A stretch of 64,000 bases of DNA, from positions 1 to 64,000 of the forward strand of contig CH464492.1 in NCBI GenBank assembly GCA_000002445.1, read 5' to 3'. Every line of letters begins with the position of its first letter. The stretch's first letter is position 1. Positions 60,261 to 64,000 of this stretch are shown here, in pieces. The DNA is from Trypanosoma brucei. Taxonomy: Eukaryota. Position numbers and translations under genes: made by a program. Under the pieces are notes generated by a model. It was not told where the DNA came from, made no database searches, and saw only the letters and a program-made list of their open reading frames with translations.

Positions 60261-62121
60261 ACAAGAGAAATAATATTAAAGTTGACACGAAAATAAAAAA
60301 GAAAAAATTAGATATAATATGCGTATTTTGACACACAAACATGAGTAGGATCATCATTACAAAGAAGTTGATAGAAGTGGCAATGATGTAGAAATAACCT
60401 CTAGTGTACACAGCAAATAGATTTGTTACGTCACTCGCTGTGTTGAAAGCATAAAAGGAAAAGAAGGGAAAAATTAAGGCACATTACGGAAAAGCAAAAC
60501 ACATTGGAATTAATAAATCAAGAGGATAAAAAGGATATGTTGTTCTTATTATACTAACAAATTGATAGATTATCATGCAGAATTTATGATAAAGACTGTA
60601 GTTATATGCTGATGGGGAATACTAATATGTGGCTTTGAATAATAAAAAGAATTATGATGAGGAGAAGAAAGAAAGGATTTGGTAATTGTGAAGTAATGTA
60701 CAACCATCTTCTTATCAGATACAGTAATAGGCACTAACATTTGTGGGCACAGTATTTTACTCTATGGAAGAATAATTTAAAACTAAACTACTAATGGACT
60801 GCCGAGGAAAGGAAAAGAAGGAATAAAAGCGCAGAAAGTGCTTAACAACCTCATAAATGAACCGCCATTTATCTTTATATAAATATGAAAAGTTTGCAAT
60901 GATGATCCAACAGTTCTATTCTTGTACAATGGCAAACCTTTGAACACTTTGAAGGAGCGACTAAATCATGTAAGAATATTCACTAATTTGGCATTGATGG
61001 AGTACCTTAGGAAACTTGTAAATAAAAAAATGCAGTAAGTGACGAACTTTCAGGGAGAGAGAGGCGAAAAAGAGCGTCATTTAGGCAGGATCACACTTGT
61101 AAATACTCAAAGCCATGCGGACGCTAGAGACGGCGGCGTTGTATTGTCACAGCCAATGCATCTGCACGATAGGAGTGGAGGCACAAATAAAACAAAGCGG
61201 CCGAAAAGACAGATGTTTTAGAAACGGATATAGAACAATCTAAATTATAATTGCAAAGTGGAAGTTCTTGGCCTTAACTGAGTGTGTTTTTACGTCACTA
61301 CTCTGTCACAGAGAATCCAAGCCATGGCACCTTTTTTTACCATTCGAACCACAAAACGGCAATAAATCTCGACTTTGCAGCCACAGTTCACTGAATGAAA
61401 GCAGCGCAGCGTTCTGAAATGCACTCCCCAACAACTTCAATATTGTCAAGTCACATTATACCTCGTAACTACAAATTTCGGTATCCGAATCCATTAAAAA
61501 AAGTATCAGAAGCAGTGTTACCTGTGTCAGCAACTTTTAAAGATCACAAGAAAGGAAGCAGAAGAGCACCAACACGAAAAGTGCGCAGATAGCTGCAAAT
61601 ACCTCACTCGGTTACCATCACGGCTTCTACACTACGGCATAAAGAAAGACACATCCATTCAGAAGCAGAGATCTATGAGAATTTTACCCACCAGGCTATT
61701 AGAGCCAACCGACCAAACGGCAGCGCCAATGATTATTAGGCCACAATTGCAGTGGAAAAAGCATGCCCTTGAAAGACAACTGACAAGATGCGACTATGGC
61801 ATTTTCTGCTTCCGAGAGGTGAACGAGGAGACGCTTTCAGATGTAAATAAAGCAAGAATCAACCTCGAAAGTGACCACAAAACAAAAATAACAGCATCAA
61901 GATATTGGAACATAGATTCAATAGGAGTACACACCAGCAGCACTCAATTTGAACCAACAGGTCAAAAGCATAAAAAAGTAACCGCCACTCGCAAGGAAAC
62001 AGAAGCCGAATCGACTATTGCAACGCTATTTAAAAACCCCGGAGGTTTATAGAAGGTATATCTCTCGTTTCCAAGTTTTGGTTAACAGGTTGTCTCAATA
62101 AATTAGGTAAATCAGCAGAAA

Positions 62122-63710
62122 ATGACAAATAACAAAATCAATAATGCGCCAAGCAATATGCGAAGCAAAACTATGTTATGTGCGGCCACACTTGCCCTAG
62201 CATTGCTCGTAACCCTTTTGCCAACGATAACAGCAGATGCAGCCGTGGCACACGCCGGGTCTTCAGCAAGCGGATTCAGGGTGATCTGCAACTTAATTAA
62301 CCTAGCGTCCATGGAATTAGAATCACCTAACTTGCCATCAACAGAAACCGAAATAGAAGACACAGTCGCACTAATAAACCTAACGTTGATGGCCCCGAAA
62401 GCGCTTGACGAACTCACTGCGGCGCCTGACTTATCACAGCTATGGAAAAAGGACAAAAATGAAACAAAAACACATTGTGCTGCAGAAGCCAGGCAAAGTT
62501 GCCGGAAAGCAGTAAATAGAGCGAAAACCCACGGCAAAGGCAACGTGATAGAGGCGGCCAAAAAGCTAGGTACGAACCCCGACGTGATCCCGCCGCTAAC
62601 AGAGACGATAAACCAAATCACCAAGGCTCTGACAGACTATTCTGAAGCGGCTAATGCAGCAGACGACAAAACCATACCAGCCGTCCTTGAAGCTGCTCTC
62701 AGAGGCAAAACGGACGGCACTACAACTGTAAAGCTCGCAGATGCGACTAACGACAGGCAGATAACGTGCGGCATACCCTCTGGCGAAACCAAAGGGACAA
62801 CAGGAGGCATACCTTAGCCGCAGACGTAATCTATTTGTGTGAGAGCGACGACAGCGATTCAGGCAACAATAACGCATGCTCGCTAAAAACAAAAAGAAGC
62901 GACATAAACTTCGCCGACGCTAATACAGACATTAAAGACGAATGTAAAAAAAACTAACAACCGAATGCAAAACACAATACCCAGGCAACAAACTCAACAG
63001 CAAGACACTTCAGACGGCGCTGCTGGCTTTTGACATCGAAATCGCAAAGAGCCAAGGAACAAACGGCAAGCTAATTAATACCCTAGGGTATATTGCAGGA
63101 GCTGGCAGCACTGGATGCGACGGCAGCAACGGCGGCACACACGGCGCTTGTGTTTACTACGGGAAGGACGACACTAACAAAAACGCACTTTCACCGGCGT
63201 GGTGCAAGCACATAACAGACGTAATAAACAAGATAAAAGCAGAGCAGAACGCGAACAATGCAACTACAATAGCGATGCGACTTGAAACATTAAACAACAC
63301 TCTCACTTCGCTCATACTTCTTGGTGCAGTGAGCAGTCAAAAGACACAACAAGCGACTGAAACTGCAACACAAAGCAAAAGTAGAGAAATATATGCACAA
63401 GAAGCAGCCAAAAAGGAATGCGAAAAGGCTAACTGCAAATGGAAAGGAGGGGAGAGTGAAACCAAAGTGGAATAAGAAGTAGATAAGAGCAAAATTAAAG
63501 AACAGAAGAATACAGAAGGAGCAGGAGAGGGTCATGCATGGACAGCGGCCACAACTGGGTGTGCGAAACACGGCATTGATAAGTCAAAATATGAAGATGA
63601 GAAAAGCTGCAAATGAAAGGGAGAAACTTGCAAAGATTTCGGAATTCTCGTCAATAAGAAATTGGCTCTGAGTGTGGCTGCTGTCATGAGTTTGGTGGTA
63701 TTTTAGGTTT
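62122..63710 (+). pseudogene. VSG pseudogene (N-domain ORF with signal peptide, then frameshifts; stop inside the C-terminal CK*KGETCKD motif)
   Basis: Signal peptide region …MLCAATLALALLVTLLPTITADAAVAHA…. Internal …YIAGAGSTGCDGSNGGTHGACVYYGKDD…. C-terminus …EKSCK*KGETCKDFGILVNKKLALSVAAVMSLVVF*. Confidence 0.75.
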
Positions 63711-63924
63711 TTTTAATTTTTAAATATGTTGTTTTTTAAGAAACGTTTTACGCAAAAATTTTTTAATATTTGCTAAACTTTGAGATATTTTGACACTTTA
63801 TAATTTAAATGTACGACTTTTTAGTAACATTTGTGTAAATTTGGCCTATTGGTGTAACGAAGTATGTTGTTAAGATATGGAAAACAAATGCTATTCTAAT
63901 TTTGTTTGTTTTGTAGATATTAGT

Positions 63925-63932
63925 TGGAGCTC

Positions 63933-63963
<31 letters not shown>

Positions 63964-64000
63964 AATAAAAGGAGAGTGTTGTAAGGGTATGTGTATACGA
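63925..64000 (+). repeat. 70-bp repeat unit (continues past window end)
   Basis: TAATAATAATAATGATAATGATAATGATAATAATAAAAGGAGAGTGTTGTAAGGGTATGTGTATACGA. Confidence 0.7.

Noticed and set aside
1-64000. Searching for bacterial promoters, RBS, rho-independent terminators or operons
   Set aside because: Sequence signatures are kinetoplastid nuclear DNA. Gene expression there uses polycistronic transcription and trans-splicing. Prokaryotic regulatory-site calls would be meaningless.

Overview
This window is eukaryotic, not prokaryotic. It reads as an African-trypanosome (Trypanosoma brucei-type) subtelomeric VSG array. The evidence is in the sequence itself. (1) Many ORFs end in the VSG C-terminal domain and GPI-anchor signal (…[19 protein letters not shown](M/I)(V/A)SAFVALLF*). 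(2) Imperfect '70-bp repeat' units (TGATAATAATAATA…GAGAGTGTTGTGAGTGTGTGTATATACGAATATTATAATAAGAG) lie upstream of almost every VSG. (3) Two VSG 3'UTRs carry the conserved 16-mer TGATATATTTTAACAC. (4) There are three ingi-type non-LTR retrotransposons, all on the minus strand, with the canonical RIME 5' end, a 2A-like DVEENPG peptide, APE/RT/RNaseH/C2H2 ORFs and the RIME 3' end plus poly(A). About 13 VSG genes or fragments are present. Only three are intact or near-intact (10325-11866, 16538-18091, 50282-51883); the rest have in-frame stops, frameshifts or truncations, as expected for a silent array. A conserved signal-peptide ORF family (possibly ESAG3-like, identity not verified) recurs four times between a 70-bp repeat and a VSG. 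The block at about 34.9-46.9 kb is inverted relative to its flanks, and retroposon sequence sits at both breakpoints. Two intact b-type VSGs are followed by short interstitial TTAGGG tracts, one with an inverted CCCTAA partner. Three assembly gaps (N runs) are present. There are no prokaryotic features (CRISPR, operons, RBS). All ORFs antisense to VSG or ingi coding sequence are treated as shadow ORFs.
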